From: an uncultured delta proteobacterium
GTDB taxonomy: Bacteria; Desulfobacterota; RBG-13-43-22
Assembly (NCBI GenBank): GCA_963743305.1
Contig: CAVUPH010000013.1
Location: forward strand, 160,001 to 224,000
Length of the DNA: 64,000 nucleotides
Direction of reading: 5' to 3'
Made by a program: the position numbers and the translations under genes. How positions within the stretch are numbered: the stretch's first letter is position 1; each line of letters starts with the position of its first letter. Below, piece by piece: positions 20,454-29,656 of this stretch. Under the pieces are notes generated by a model. That model had not been told where the DNA came from. It made no database searches and was given only the letters and a program-made list of their open reading frames with translations.

Positions 20454-21764
20454 TTAAATTATACCCAACAGTCTTCCTAAAAGTCCAATGGCTCCAGCCG
20501 AAATGATTACCGTGATCATCCCCACGCGGAGCCATTGCAGGGCGACGAAGGAAGCAAGGCCTATGACTATTCCAAACCAATTGACTTCACCAGGTGCCGG
20601 AAAGAGGACCTGGATTCCGAACCAGACAGCCAGATTGAGAACCACCCCGACGACCGCGGCGGTGATGGCCGAGAGGACGGCGGATAGTCTTTTATTTCCT
20701 CTAAATTTCTCTATGTAGGGGCCTCCTAACATGATGAATAAGAAAGAGGGGAGGAAGGTAAAATACGTGGCGATCAGGGAGCCGATGAGCCCGGCCCAGA
20801 TTGGATTTAAAGCTCCCGGATTATTCCATCCCGCCATGAAACCGATAAACTGGACCACCATGATTAAAGGGCCGGGAGTGGTTTCAGCCAACCCCAGCCC
20901 GTCAATCATCTGGGGGCCGGTCAACCAGGCAAATTGCTCCACCCCGGCCTGGGCGATGTAGGCTAAGACCGCGTACGCACCGCCAAAGGTTAGAAAAGCG
21001 GCCTTGGTAAAGAACAATCCCTCGGTGACAAAGACAGGATTTGGAATTAAGATCAGCCCTCCCATGGGGATAATCCAGAGCGTCAGAAACACCAGAATTA
21101 GAATAATACTCCGTTTCATGGAGGGTTCGATATGGCAAGGGAGGTCTATCTCACAGTATTGGACATAAGCCTCCTCAGAATCGCCATCCTTTTCCTTAAT
21201 GACGTCGAATTTCTTAGGAAGGTAAAGCCTTCCTAAGAATCCTGTCAACCCGGCCCCCAGGACGATGACAGGGAAGGGGACCTTAAAGAAGAAAATCGTG
21301 ATGAAGGCGACAGCCGCCAGGGCTATCAGGGTCTCATTTTTTAAGGCCTTCTGGGCAATCTTAATGACGGCGGCGGCCACAATGGCCAGGACGGCCGGTT
21401 TGAGGCCGCTGAAGACCGCGGCGATCCAGGAGATGTTCCCATAAACGCCATAAACCAGGCTGAGGCCGAAAAGGATAAAGATGGAGGGGATGACAAAAAA
21501 ACTTCCTGCCACCACACCCCCCGGTATTTTATGCAGCAGCCACCCTATATAGATGGCCAACTGCTTGGCTTCCGGGCCCGGCAGCAGCATGCAGTAATTG
21601 AGGGCCTGGAGGAACCGGGTGTTGGAGATCCAATTCCTTTTTTCCACCAGTTCCTGGTGCATGATGGCAATTTGACCGGTCGGCCCGCCGAAACTGATGA
21701 AGCCCAGCTTCAGCCAGAATTTGAAGGCTTCCCGAAAGGAAGGGTGGGGCGTCGGTTCGATCAC
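20454..21764 (-). CDS. chrA: Chromate efflux transporter (long-chain CHR)
   Basis: KLGFISFGGPTGQI, LLPGPEA, TFGGAYAVL, AETTPGP duplicated CHR motifs. Confidence 0.95.
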   Translation of the reverse strand: MIEPTPHPSFREAFKFWLKLGFISFGGPTGQIAIMHQELVEKRNWISNTRFLQALNYCMLLPGPEAKQLAIYIGWLLHKIPGGVVAGSFFVIPSIFILFGLSLVYGVYGNISWIAAVFSGLKPAVLAIVAAAVIKIAQKALKNETLIALAAVAFITIFFFKVPFPVIVLGAGLTGFLGRLYLPKKFDVIKEKDGDSEEAYVQYCEIDLPCHIEPSMKRSIILILVFLTLWIIPMGGLILIPNPVFVTEGLFFTKAAFLTFGGAYAVLAYIAQAGVEQFAWLTGPQMIDGLGLAETTPGPLIMVVQFIGFMAGWNNPGALNPIWAGLIGSLIATYFTFLPSFLFIMLGGPYIEKFRGNKRLSAVLSAITAAVVGVVLNLAVWFGIQVLFPAPGEVNWFGIVIGLASFVALQWLRVGMITVIISAGAIGLLGRLLGII

Positions 21765-21765
21765 C

Positions 21766-21834
21766 TTATTTCCCAGTAACTTTCAGATCATCAAAGTGAC
21801 TTCGGGCATCGGCCTTGGTCCAGAGCCCTATTTT
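21766..21834 (-). pseudogene. C-terminal remnant of a DUF1080-like gene
   Basis: KIGLWTKADARSHFDDLKVTGK-stop resembles HPGLWTKADSVTWFRNFTV at the end of the 17181 ORF; its stop abuts the chrA start. Confidence 0.6.
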
Positions 21835-23087
21835 GTTGATGTTTTGGGGACCGGCATATCCCGCCCCCAAACGGCGAAACCCACGGTGCCGATGATCCCA
21901 AAGACGAAGGCCATGATGAAATTCACCTCCGGGCTGATTTGCCATAGAAACGCGCCTCCCAGGGCGGCGGCGGATACAAAGACGTCTCGGATCAGGTAGT
22001 AGAGCCCGAACATGCCCGCCTGGCAGCTTTTGGGGGAGAGATCCATGATCAGGGATTTGCGGGTGGGCTCGCCGAACTCCTTGAGGCCCCGGAGGATAAA
22101 GGCCAGGACCAGCCATTCGAAGGAGCGGCTATAAAGTAAGACCAAGGGGAAAAAAGTGAAAAATACAAAGGTCGTGAGAACAAAAGGCTTCTTGTGGCTC
22201 CGATCCGCCAAGTAGGCCACCGGGATATAGACCAATACCGCCGTGGCCATCTCGATCGTCGTCAGGAGGCCGAACTGAAGGGCCGACACCGGATCGGCGA
22301 TGGTCTTCAGACACCAGACTACCACGAAGGCGTAGGGGATCTGCTCGCAGAAGCGGATCAGGATGTCGGTAATCAGGAGCCCTTTCATGGCCGGGTTCAT
22401 CAGCCGCAGTAGTCTCAGCGGATTTTTTTCCGGGGAAAGTGTGCAGGCCTCCCCCGAGGATTTCGTGGCGGACCGGTCGTCGGCGAGCAGTCTCTGTTGC
22501 AGGACCAAGGCTACCCCGGCCAGGACCAGCGCCGCCTCAAAGGCGAGACGAACCCCGTCACGTTCCCCCCAGAGGCTAATAAAGACTCCGCCGACCAATG
22601 GCCCCAGGGCCATGGGGACGCGGCGCACCAGCGAGTGCATGGTCACCCCCATGGTCCGTTTGTTTTGGGGCAGCACCCGGTACATCAGGCTCATGGTGGC
22701 CGGCAGCGAGATGGCCGACCAGGAGATGAAAAGCACCGCTCCGGCCAACACCGCCTGCCAGGCGGGGATCACGATCACCAGGGAAAAGCCCGCCATGGCC
22801 ACCAAGTTGAAAACCAGCAGGGAACGCTTGGTTCCGATGCGGTCGGCGAGGTAGCCGCCGGGAAAGCTGTAAAGGGCCGAGAGCAGGTTATCCATGGCCT
22901 GGAGCAGCCCGATGGCCAGCACGCCGCCCCCCAGGGCCATGAGGTAGATGGGCAGAAAGCGCTCGCCCATCCGCTCGCCCATCCCCACCAGCACCACCAT
23001 GGCCAGTAATCCGACGGTGCTGCGCTGCAGGGCGAGGAATCCGGTGATCCGGGCGGTGCGGGTGGAGGCGGGGTCCGGAGACGGCAT
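21828..23087 (-). CDS. MFS transporter
   Basis: Motif A GGYLADRIGTKR and repeat AYLADRSHKK; about 12 TM helices. Confidence 0.92.
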   Translation of the reverse strand: MPSPDPASTRTARITGFLALQRSTVGLLAMVVLVGMGERMGERFLPIYLMALGGGVLAIGLLQAMDNLLSALYSFPGGYLADRIGTKRSLLVFNLVAMAGFSLVIVIPAWQAVLAGAVLFISWSAISLPATMSLMYRVLPQNKRTMGVTMHSLVRRVPMALGPLVGGVFISLWGERDGVRLAFEAALVLAGVALVLQQRLLADDRSATKSSGEACTLSPEKNPLRLLRLMNPAMKGLLITDILIRFCEQIPYAFVVVWCLKTIADPVSALQFGLLTTIEMATAVLVYIPVAYLADRSHKKPFVLTTFVFFTFFPLVLLYSRSFEWLVLAFILRGLKEFGEPTRKSLIMDLSPKSCQAGMFGLYYLIRDVFVSAAALGGAFLWQISPEVNFIMAFVFGIIGTVGFAVWGRDMPVPKTSTK

Positions 23088-23090
23088 GGA

Positions 23091-24062
23091 TTATCCTTTG
23101 CGTCTTTGGAAATAAGTATACAAATTTTCATATAAACGGATGCCCTCCTCCAGGCGTTGATCGTCGTCCGGATGAGACGAGACCAGTCCGGTCAATAAGG
23201 CTCGGAAGCCGTCCGTTTCACGACGGTTGAATTTATCGTCCTTTAAGTCGATGTCGTGGACGATCTCGGCCAGCGGTACCAGACCCCGGTCCTGGAATTG
23301 GCATCGCCCGATCATCACCTCAAAAGTACACCGGTCCCCTTCGTGGGTGAATTCTCCGTCGAACAGGTCGAAACGAAGTTCCCCGGGCTGCGGGGTATAA
23401 TGGGGGCCGCGGACGAACTTGAAGACCGCTTTTGGGTCGATAAAGCGCCTGATCAACCATCCGCAGGCCAGACGATCCACAAAGAGGTTTTTCCGGGTCA
23501 CCCAGGTTTTTCCCTGCAGCCGGTCGACCTGCTCCAGACTGCCAGGCGCCGTCAAGGGCTCACCGGCAACTTGGGTTTCCAAGTTCAGGAGCAGGGCTTC
23601 CGCGGTTCCCCGTTCGGGCGTTTGAAAGAAGTCGATGGCGAAGACCTCGTCCAATCGGCGCCGCAGCCGGGAGACCCGGGCCGGTCCCTTCAGCGCCGGG
23701 TCCCTCGGGTCGTCCGGCCCGGAAGCCCGGGCCGTGAACAACTCCCGGGCCTCCCGGATAATGTTTTCGTAATCGAACCGGCGGGCGCCTTGAAAAAGGG
23801 CGATGATCTGGTCGTCAGCCAGGCCTTCCAGAAACCGCGCCTCCGAGATGGACCCCTCCCCGCCGCCCTCGACGATCTCTTTGAGTATCCAGTTCAAGTC
23901 TTCCCGTGAGTGTTCGGAAGGGGGTAAGGCATAGACCGATTGTTTTAGCGCCACGGCGCCCACCTGCTGTAACCGGCGCCAGATTTTCACCCGTAGGGCG
24001 TTGGGCTTGGGGGGAAGTTGATGGATTAAAAGCAACCACTTTTTCGAGTCATGGGGGTTCAA
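23091..24062 (-). CDS. chrB: Chromate resistance regulator ChrB
   Basis: N-terminal WLLLIHQLPPKP..RVKIWRRL; C-terminal WVTR..VDRLACGWLIRRFID, FTHEGDRCTFE, IVHDIDLKD; TTG start with AGGAG RBS. Confidence 0.92.
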   Translation of the reverse strand: MNPHDSKKWLLLIHQLPPKPNALRVKIWRRLQQVGAVALKQSVYALPPSEHSREDLNWILKEIVEGGGEGSISEARFLEGLADDQIIALFQGARRFDYENIIREARELFTARASGPDDPRDPALKGPARVSRLRRRLDEVFAIDFFQTPERGTAEALLLNLETQVAGEPLTAPGSLEQVDRLQGKTWVTRKNLFVDRLACGWLIRRFIDPKAVFKFVRGPHYTPQPGELRFDLFDGEFTHEGDRCTFEVMIGRCQFQDRGLVPLAEIVHDIDLKDDKFNRRETDGFRALLTGLVSSHPDDDQRLEEGIRLYENLYTYFQRRKG

Positions 24063-24082
24063 TAGAGACTCCTGATAACAAG

Positions 24083-24103
24083 TGTTACTTATATAATGTA
24101 ACA
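24083..24103. promoter_or_regulatory. Palindromic operator candidate upstream of chrB
   Basis: TGTTAC-TTATATAAT-GTAACA, 20 nt upstream of the chrB start. Confidence 0.5.
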
Positions 24104-24202
24104 TCAATAACAATTAGTCAAGGGTGATTCCCAGTAAGTTTTGAAATTGATTCGCAGGAGTCCGTCAATCGATGGTTTTTGAGGGGGGATTAAAAAGAGC
24201 AC

Positions 24203-24231
24203 TTTACAACATTGAAATAACAGGGTAAAAT
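24203..24231 (+). promoter_or_regulatory. Putative sigma70 promoter for ybaB-recR
   Basis: TTTACA-17 nt-TAAAAT. Confidence 0.55.
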
Positions 24232-24276
24232 TCCTTAAAAATTCAAACCATTTTACAACAGGTAAGGGAAAAAATT

Positions 24277-24597
24277 ATGAAAAATTTTGGCAACATGGGC
24301 AATATCATGAGCCAGGCCAAAAAAATGCAGGAGCGGCTGGCCTCCGTCCAGGAGGAGATGGCCCTTAAAACGATCGATGGTTCGGCCGGGGGCGGGATGG
24401 TGACCGTTACCGCCAACGGCCGCCAGGAGATTATTTCCTTAAAAATCGAACCGGAGGTGGTCAATCCGGAGGACATCGAGATGCTCCAAGACCTGGTTCA
24501 GGCCGCGGTGAATGATGCCTTGCGTAAATCCCAGGAGATGGTCCAGCAGGAAATGTCCAAGATTACCGGGGGCCTGAAAATTCCCGGCTTGTTCTAG
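24277..24597 (+). CDS. ybaB: YbaB/EbfC nucleoid-associated protein
   Basis: QAKKMQ, GSAGGGMVTVTANG, EMLQDLVQAAVNDA, GGLKIPGLF; directly before recR. Confidence 0.95.
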   Translation: MKNFGNMGNIMSQAKKMQERLASVQEEMALKTIDGSAGGGMVTVTANGRQEIISLKIEPEVVNPEDIEMLQDLVQAAVNDALRKSQEMVQQEMSKITGGLKIPGLF

Positions 24598-24599
24598 CC

Positions 24600-25205
24600 A
24601 TGGCCTTATATCCGCCCCCCCTGGCCCGGCTGATCGCCTCCCTGACCCGCCTGCCGGGGTTGGGGGAGAAGAGCGCCACTCGCCTGGCCCTTCACTTCCT
24701 GCGCACCTCGGAGGAGGAAATCCAGGAATTGGCCCGAAGTCTGGTCCAGGTGAAGGAAAAGATCCGCACCTGCTCCATCTGTTTTAACTGGACGGAATCC
24801 GACCCCTGTCCTTTGTGTCTCCATCCGGGAAGAAGGGCCGACCTGCTTTGCGTGGTGGAAGGCCCGGGCGACTTATTGGCCCTGGAAAAGAGCGGTGGCT
24901 TCAAAGGAAAATATCATGTCCTCCAGGGGACCTTGTCGCCGATCGACGGAATCGGCCCCCGGGAATTGCGGATTCGAGAACTCCTGGATCGACTGGAGAA
25001 AGAGTCCATCAGCGAAGTGGTTCTGGCCCTCAATCCGACCACGGAAGGGGAGGCGACCATCTCCTATCTGACCGAGCAGATCAAGGCCCGCAGGCCCCAG
25101 GCGCGCCTCACCCGGATCGCCTACGGCATCCCCATGGGCGGGGACTTGAAATATATGGATAACTACACCATCAAAATGTCGCTGGAAAGCCGCAGAGACG
25201 CCTGA
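24600..25205 (+). CDS. recR: Recombination mediator RecR
   Basis: LPGLGEKSATRLA HhH, C4 zinc finger, CVVE, YHVLQG.LSP.DG, EGEAT, RIAYGIPMGG. Confidence 0.97.
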   Translation: MALYPPPLARLIASLTRLPGLGEKSATRLALHFLRTSEEEIQELARSLVQVKEKIRTCSICFNWTESDPCPLCLHPGRRADLLCVVEGPGDLLALEKSGGFKGKYHVLQGTLSPIDGIGPRELRIRELLDRLEKESISEVVLALNPTTEGEATISYLTEQIKARRPQARLTRIAYGIPMGGDLKYMDNYTIKMSLESRRDA

Positions 25206-25211
25206 TTGAAA

Positions 25212-25296
25212 AAATCCCTCCCAACCTCCCTTTATAAAAGGGAGAGGGCCGATGGAAAGATTCCCCCCTTTGAAAATGGGGGGTGAGGGGGGATTT
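25212..25296. repeat. REP-like double-hairpin element
   Basis: aaatccctcccaacctccctttataaaagggag ... cccccctttgaaaatggggggtgaggggggattt: outer inverted ends and two inner hairpins. Confidence 0.7.
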
Positions 25297-25349
25297 ATCG
25301 AATGGGTTAATATAATAAAATCTTTTAAACAAATAAGGTGAGAGAAATA

Positions 25350-27029
25350 ATGACCAGTAGCGGATTAATGAAGGGTTCAGAAATCATCGTCGAGGTCCTG
25401 CGGGAAGAGGGGGTGGACGTGCTGTTCGGTTTTCCCGGCGGATCGGTTATCCCGCTCTACGACGCCCTCTACGACTGTTCCATCCGTCACATCTTGACCC
25501 GCCATGAGCAGGGTGCGGTTCACGCGGCCGATGGCTATGCCCGGGCGACCGGCAAGGTGGGGGTCTGCATCGCCACCTCCGGACCCGGGGCCACGAATCT
25601 GGTGACCGGGCTGGCCAACGCCAATATGGATTCCGTGCCCTTGGTGGCCCTAACCGGCCAGGTGCCCACCCACATGATCGGCAACGACAGTTTTCAGGAA
25701 GCCGATATTTACGGGATCAGTATTCCCATTACCAAGTATAATTTTTTGGTGAAGGACTTGAAGGATCTGGCCCGGATCCTGAAAGAGGCCTTTTATATTG
25801 CCCGCACCGGGCGTCCGGGTCCGGTCCTGGTGGACCTGCCCAAGGATATCCAGGAAAAAAAAATAAGGTATAAACCCGCCGGAGAGGTTCAAATTCCGAG
25901 CTACCATCCCACCTTTAAGGGGCATCCCAAGCAGATCGAGACCATGGTCCGGGCCATCCGGGAAGCGCAGCGGCCGGTGGCTTATGTGGGCGGCGGGGTT
26001 ATCTCCGCCGGGGCCACCGAGGAACTGGGGCAGTTTATCCGTACCTTGCAGATTCCCATTACCAGCACTCTGATGGGTAAGGGAAGTTTTCCCGAAAACG
26101 ATCCGCTGGCCCTGGGCATGCTGGGCATGCACGGCACCCGGTATGCCAATAACTCCGTCTACCACTCCGACCTCATCCTGGCCTTAGGGGTCCGGTTTGA
26201 CGACCGGGTGGCCGGCGACGTGAAGAAATTCGCCCCCCAGGCCAAGATCGTCCACGTCGATATCGATCCGGCTGAAATCGGCAAGCGGGTGAATGTGGAT
26301 ATCCCCATTGTAGGCGACTTGAAAACGGTGCTGACCCAGGCCTTGGCTCTGATCAAGGCCGGGGAACGGAAAAAATGGCTGGAACAGATTAGCGAGTGGA
26401 AACGGCTGTACCCCTTGAAATATTCTCTGGAGGGGGGCCTGAAGCCCCAATATATCCTGGAGTGTATCAACGAGATCCCGGGTCGGGACCTGATCGTGGC
26501 CACCGATGTGGGACAGCATCAGATGTGGTCCGCCCAGTTCATCAAAACCCGGAAGCCGAGGGGCTTCATTTCCTCCGGCGGCCTGGGGACCATGGGTTTC
26601 GGTTTTCCGGCCGCTATTGGCGCTCAGGTGGGCTGTCCGGAGGACACGGTTATCGTGGTCACCGGAGACGGGAGCTTCCAGATGTGTATACAGGAATTGG
26701 CTACCATCCGGACCTATAATATCCCGGTCAAGATTTTTATATTCAATAACGGCGTCCTGGGGATGGTTCGTCAATGGCAGGAATTGTTCTGCAACAAGCG
26801 CTACTCCCAGACGCGGTTTGAATTCAACCCCGAGTTCACCAAGGTGGCGGAGGGCTACAGTATCCCGGGGCTGATCGTCCGGACTCACGAAGAGGTTAGG
26901 CCGGCCATTGAAAAGGCTCTGTCGGACCCCGGGCCCTATCTGCTTGATTTTCGCGTGGCCCCGGAGGAAAACGTCTTTCCCATGGTCCCGGCCGGTAAGG
27001 GGATTTGTGAAAATATGGAGGAGTGTTAG
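25350..27029 (+). CDS. ilvB: Acetolactate synthase large subunit
   Basis: FGFPGG, RHEQGA, TSGPGATN, GMLGMHG, RFDDRV, DVGQHQMW, GDGSFQM, MVRQWQ. Confidence 0.96.
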   Translation: MTSSGLMKGSEIIVEVLREEGVDVLFGFPGGSVIPLYDALYDCSIRHILTRHEQGAVHAADGYARATGKVGVCIATSGPGATNLVTGLANANMDSVPLVALTGQVPTHMIGNDSFQEADIYGISIPITKYNFLVKDLKDLARILKEAFYIARTGRPGPVLVDLPKDIQEKKIRYKPAGEVQIPSYHPTFKGHPKQIETMVRAIREAQRPVAYVGGGVISAGATEELGQFIRTLQIPITSTLMGKGSFPENDPLALGMLGMHGTRYANNSVYHSDLILALGVRFDDRVAGDVKKFAPQAKIVHVDIDPAEIGKRVNVDIPIVGDLKTVLTQALALIKAGERKKWLEQISEWKRLYPLKYSLEGGLKPQYILECINEIPGRDLIVATDVGQHQMWSAQFIKTRKPRGFISSGGLGTMGFGFPAAIGAQVGCPEDTVIVVTGDGSFQMCIQELATIRTYNIPVKIFIFNNGVLGMVRQWQELFCNKRYSQTRFEFNPEFTKVAEGYSIPGLIVRTHEEVRPAIEKALSDPGPYLLDFRVAPEENVFPMVPAGKGICENMEEC

Positions 27030-27032
27030 GTT

Positions 27033-27536
27033 ATGCGTCAGGTCATCTCGGTCCTGGTTCGAAATCATCCCGGGGTTCTCTCCCATGTGGCCAGCCTCTT
27101 CACCCGGCGGGCCTATAATATTGAAAGCATTGCCGCCGGCGTTACCGAACGGCCGGACGTGACCCGCATCACCCTGGTGGTCTCAGGGGATGAAACGGTG
27201 CTGGAGCAGGTCATCAAGCAGCTTCGGAAACTGATCGACGTCATCCGGGTCATCGATCTCAAATATTCCCAGGCGGTCACCCGGGAATTAATTCTGATGA
27301 CCGTCTTGCTCCCGGCGGATAAAAGGGTGGAATTTATCCAGATCGCCAATTCCTTCGGGGCGGTGATCGTGGATATTTCCGATCAGACGGCCACCATTGA
27401 GTTTTCAGGGAACGAACGGCAGATCCACTCCGTATTAATGGCCCTGGCGGCATTCAAGGCCAAGGAAATGGCCCGCACTGGTCTGATTGCCCTGCCGATC
27501 GAAAGTCTGGGGGACAGTAAAGAATTTATCGTTTAG
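27033..27536 (+). CDS. ilvN: Acetolactate synthase small subunit
   Basis: ACT domain NHPGVL..FTRRAYNIESI, KQLRKLIDV, EMARTG. Confidence 0.94.
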   Translation: MRQVISVLVRNHPGVLSHVASLFTRRAYNIESIAAGVTERPDVTRITLVVSGDETVLEQVIKQLRKLIDVIRVIDLKYSQAVTRELILMTVLLPADKRVEFIQIANSFGAVIVDISDQTATIEFSGNERQIHSVLMALAAFKAKEMARTGLIALPIESLGDSKEFIV

Positions 27537-27601
27537 CGCTTGACAAAAAATTCAAAGGTATGATAGATAAGAATGTTTTGGGGATTTAAAATCTGGAAAG
27601 T

Positions 27602-28174
27602 GTGAGTGAAACCGTGAAAAATCCAATGATTGAAGTGCGCATTCATGGCCGGGGAGGGCAGGGAGCAGTGACTTCGGCGGAGCTGATGGCCTTGGCGGCC
27701 ATCGACGAAGGAAAATACGCTCAGGCTTTTCCCAGCTTCGGCCCGGAACGCCGAGGCGCGCCGGTGGTGGCCTTTCTAAGAGTCAGTGATGATCAGATTC
27801 GGATTAGGTCCAAGGTCTATCAACCCGACGTGGTGGTGGTCTTGGATCCCACCTTGTTGGATATTGTGGACGTTTCCGCCGGGCTGAAACCCAAAGGAAC
27901 CGTGATTATTAATTCAGCCAAAAGCGCCGAACAGATCCAAAAGCAATACGGCTTTAAAGGGCGACTGGCGACCGTGGATGCGACGAAAATTGCGATGGAG
28001 GAAATGCGGGTCCCGATTACCAATACGACCATGCTGGGGGCCTTGATCAAGGCAACCGGCATGACCCGGTTGCCCTCCATGGAAAAACCGCTCAAGGCCC
28101 GCTTCGGCAAGATAGCGGAGCGCAACCAAAAATCCATGCAGCGGGCCTATGAAGAAACCGCGATAAGGGAGTAA
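27602..28174 (+). CDS. porC: Pyruvate/2-oxoacid:ferredoxin oxidoreductase gamma subunit
   Basis: EVRIHGRGGQGAVT, FGPERRGAPV, NTTMLGA; start may be 27614 or 27626. Confidence 0.92.
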   Translation: MSETVKNPMIEVRIHGRGGQGAVTSAELMALAAIDEGKYAQAFPSFGPERRGAPVVAFLRVSDDQIRIRSKVYQPDVVVVLDPTLLDIVDVSAGLKPKGTVIINSAKSAEQIQKQYGFKGRLATVDATKIAMEEMRVPITNTTMLGALIKATGMTRLPSMEKPLKARFGKIAERNQKSMQRAYEETAIRE

Positions 28175-28178
28175 ACCG

Positions 28179-28475
28179 GTGGCGAAGATTGATGCCTTGA
28201 TGCCTTGGAGGGAGGTGCCTTTGGGAGGCGCCATCCTGGAACCGGGCAATGCCAGGAAGTTTAAGACCGGAGACTGGCGGTCCAAAATCCGCCCGGTCAC
28301 CGATCGGGAAAAATGCATTAAATGCGGAATGTGTTGGGTGTTTTGTCCGGATATGGCCTATGCCCACCGGGAAGACGGCTATTTCGACTGGAATAGCGAT
28401 TACTGCAAAGGTTGCGGTATTTGCGCCCGGGAATGTCCCAAAGAGGCCATTCAGATGGTTGCGGAGGAAGAATAG
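28179..28475 (+). CDS. porD: Oxidoreductase delta subunit (2x4Fe-4S)
   Basis: KTGDWRS..P, CIKCGMCWVFCP, YCKGCGICARECP. Confidence 0.93.
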   Translation: MAKIDALMPWREVPLGGAILEPGNARKFKTGDWRSKIRPVTDREKCIKCGMCWVFCPDMAYAHREDGYFDWNSDYCKGCGICARECPKEAIQMVAEEE

Positions 28476-28477
28476 CT

Positions 28478-29656
28478 ATGGCCAAACGAGTCGGCATGGA
28501 GGTTTCCATTGCCATCAGCGAAGCGGTGAAGTTGGCCAATGTGGACGTTATTTCGGCCTATCCCATCACGCCCCAGACCCATATCGTGGAGCACCTTTCC
28601 GAATTTGTCAATGACGGGGAACTGCAGAGCGCTTTCATCCCGGTGGAGTCGGAGCATTCAGCCCTGAGCGCCGCCGTGGGGTCCTCGGCCGTGGGTGCCC
28701 GGACCTTCACGGCCACCAGTTCCCAGGGACTGGCCCTGATGCACGAGATCATGTTCGTGGCTTCCAGCCTGCGTCTGCCTATCGTCATGTCCGTGGTCAA
28801 CCGGGCCTTGTCGGCGCCGATCAATATCTGGAATGACCTGAGCGATATCATGACCGAGCGGGATACCGGCTGGGTCCAGCTTTTTGCCATCAACGGTCAG
28901 GAGGCCTTCGACCTGACCTTGCAGGCGTTTAAGATCGCCGAAGACCCGAGGGTTCTGCTTCCAGTGGCCGTCAACCTGGACGGGTTTATCCTCAGTCACG
29001 TGATTGAGCCCATCGAACTGTTGGATCAGCAGGAAGTGGATCAATTCCTGAGTCCCTTCCAGCCGGTGCTGCGCCTCGATCCGGACAAGCCCGTTTCCCT
29101 GGGCGCCTTTGGCAGTCCGGACGTCTTTATCGAGGTCAAGAAACAGATCGAGGAAGCCTTGATCGGCTCCCAGAAGGTGGTGGCCGAGGTCTGGAAGGAT
29201 TTCGGCCGGCTCTTTGGACGAAACTACAAGCCCGTGGAATCCTATAGAACCCAGGACGCCGAAACGTTGCTGATCACCATGGGCAGCATCAGCGAAACCG
29301 CCATGATGTCCGTGGATGCCCTGCGGGAGAAGGGGCAGAAGGTGGGGCTGATCCACATCCGACTCTGGCGGCCTTTTCCTTTTAAGGATTTTCTCCAGGC
29401 GATCAAGGGGGCCAAGGTCCTGGCGGTCCTGGATCGCGCCCTGGTGCCCGGGGGGGTCGGCGGGCCGGTGGGCCTGGAAGTGAAAGCCGCCCTTTATGGA
29501 AAGGCCGAACGGCCCTACGTGGCCGAATTTGTGGCCGGGCTGGGCGGCCGGGATTTGACGGTGGAGACCTTCATCGAGGTGCTGGACAAAGCCGGACGCT
29601 ATGCCCTAAAACAAAAAGACTTTCAATACGAATTGATCGGGGTGCGCGAAAAATGA
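28478..29656 (+). CDS. porA: Oxidoreductase alpha subunit
   Basis: AYPITPQT, VESEHSA, TATSSQGL, NRALSAP, GLGGRD. Confidence 0.93.
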   Translation: MAKRVGMEVSIAISEAVKLANVDVISAYPITPQTHIVEHLSEFVNDGELQSAFIPVESEHSALSAAVGSSAVGARTFTATSSQGLALMHEIMFVASSLRLPIVMSVVNRALSAPINIWNDLSDIMTERDTGWVQLFAINGQEAFDLTLQAFKIAEDPRVLLPVAVNLDGFILSHVIEPIELLDQQEVDQFLSPFQPVLRLDPDKPVSLGAFGSPDVFIEVKKQIEEALIGSQKVVAEVWKDFGRLFGRNYKPVESYRTQDAETLLITMGSISETAMMSVDALREKGQKVGLIHIRLWRPFPFKDFLQAIKGAKVLAVLDRALVPGGVGGPVGLEVKAALYGKAERPYVAEFVAGLGGRDLTVETFIEVLDKAGRYALKQKDFQYELIGVREK

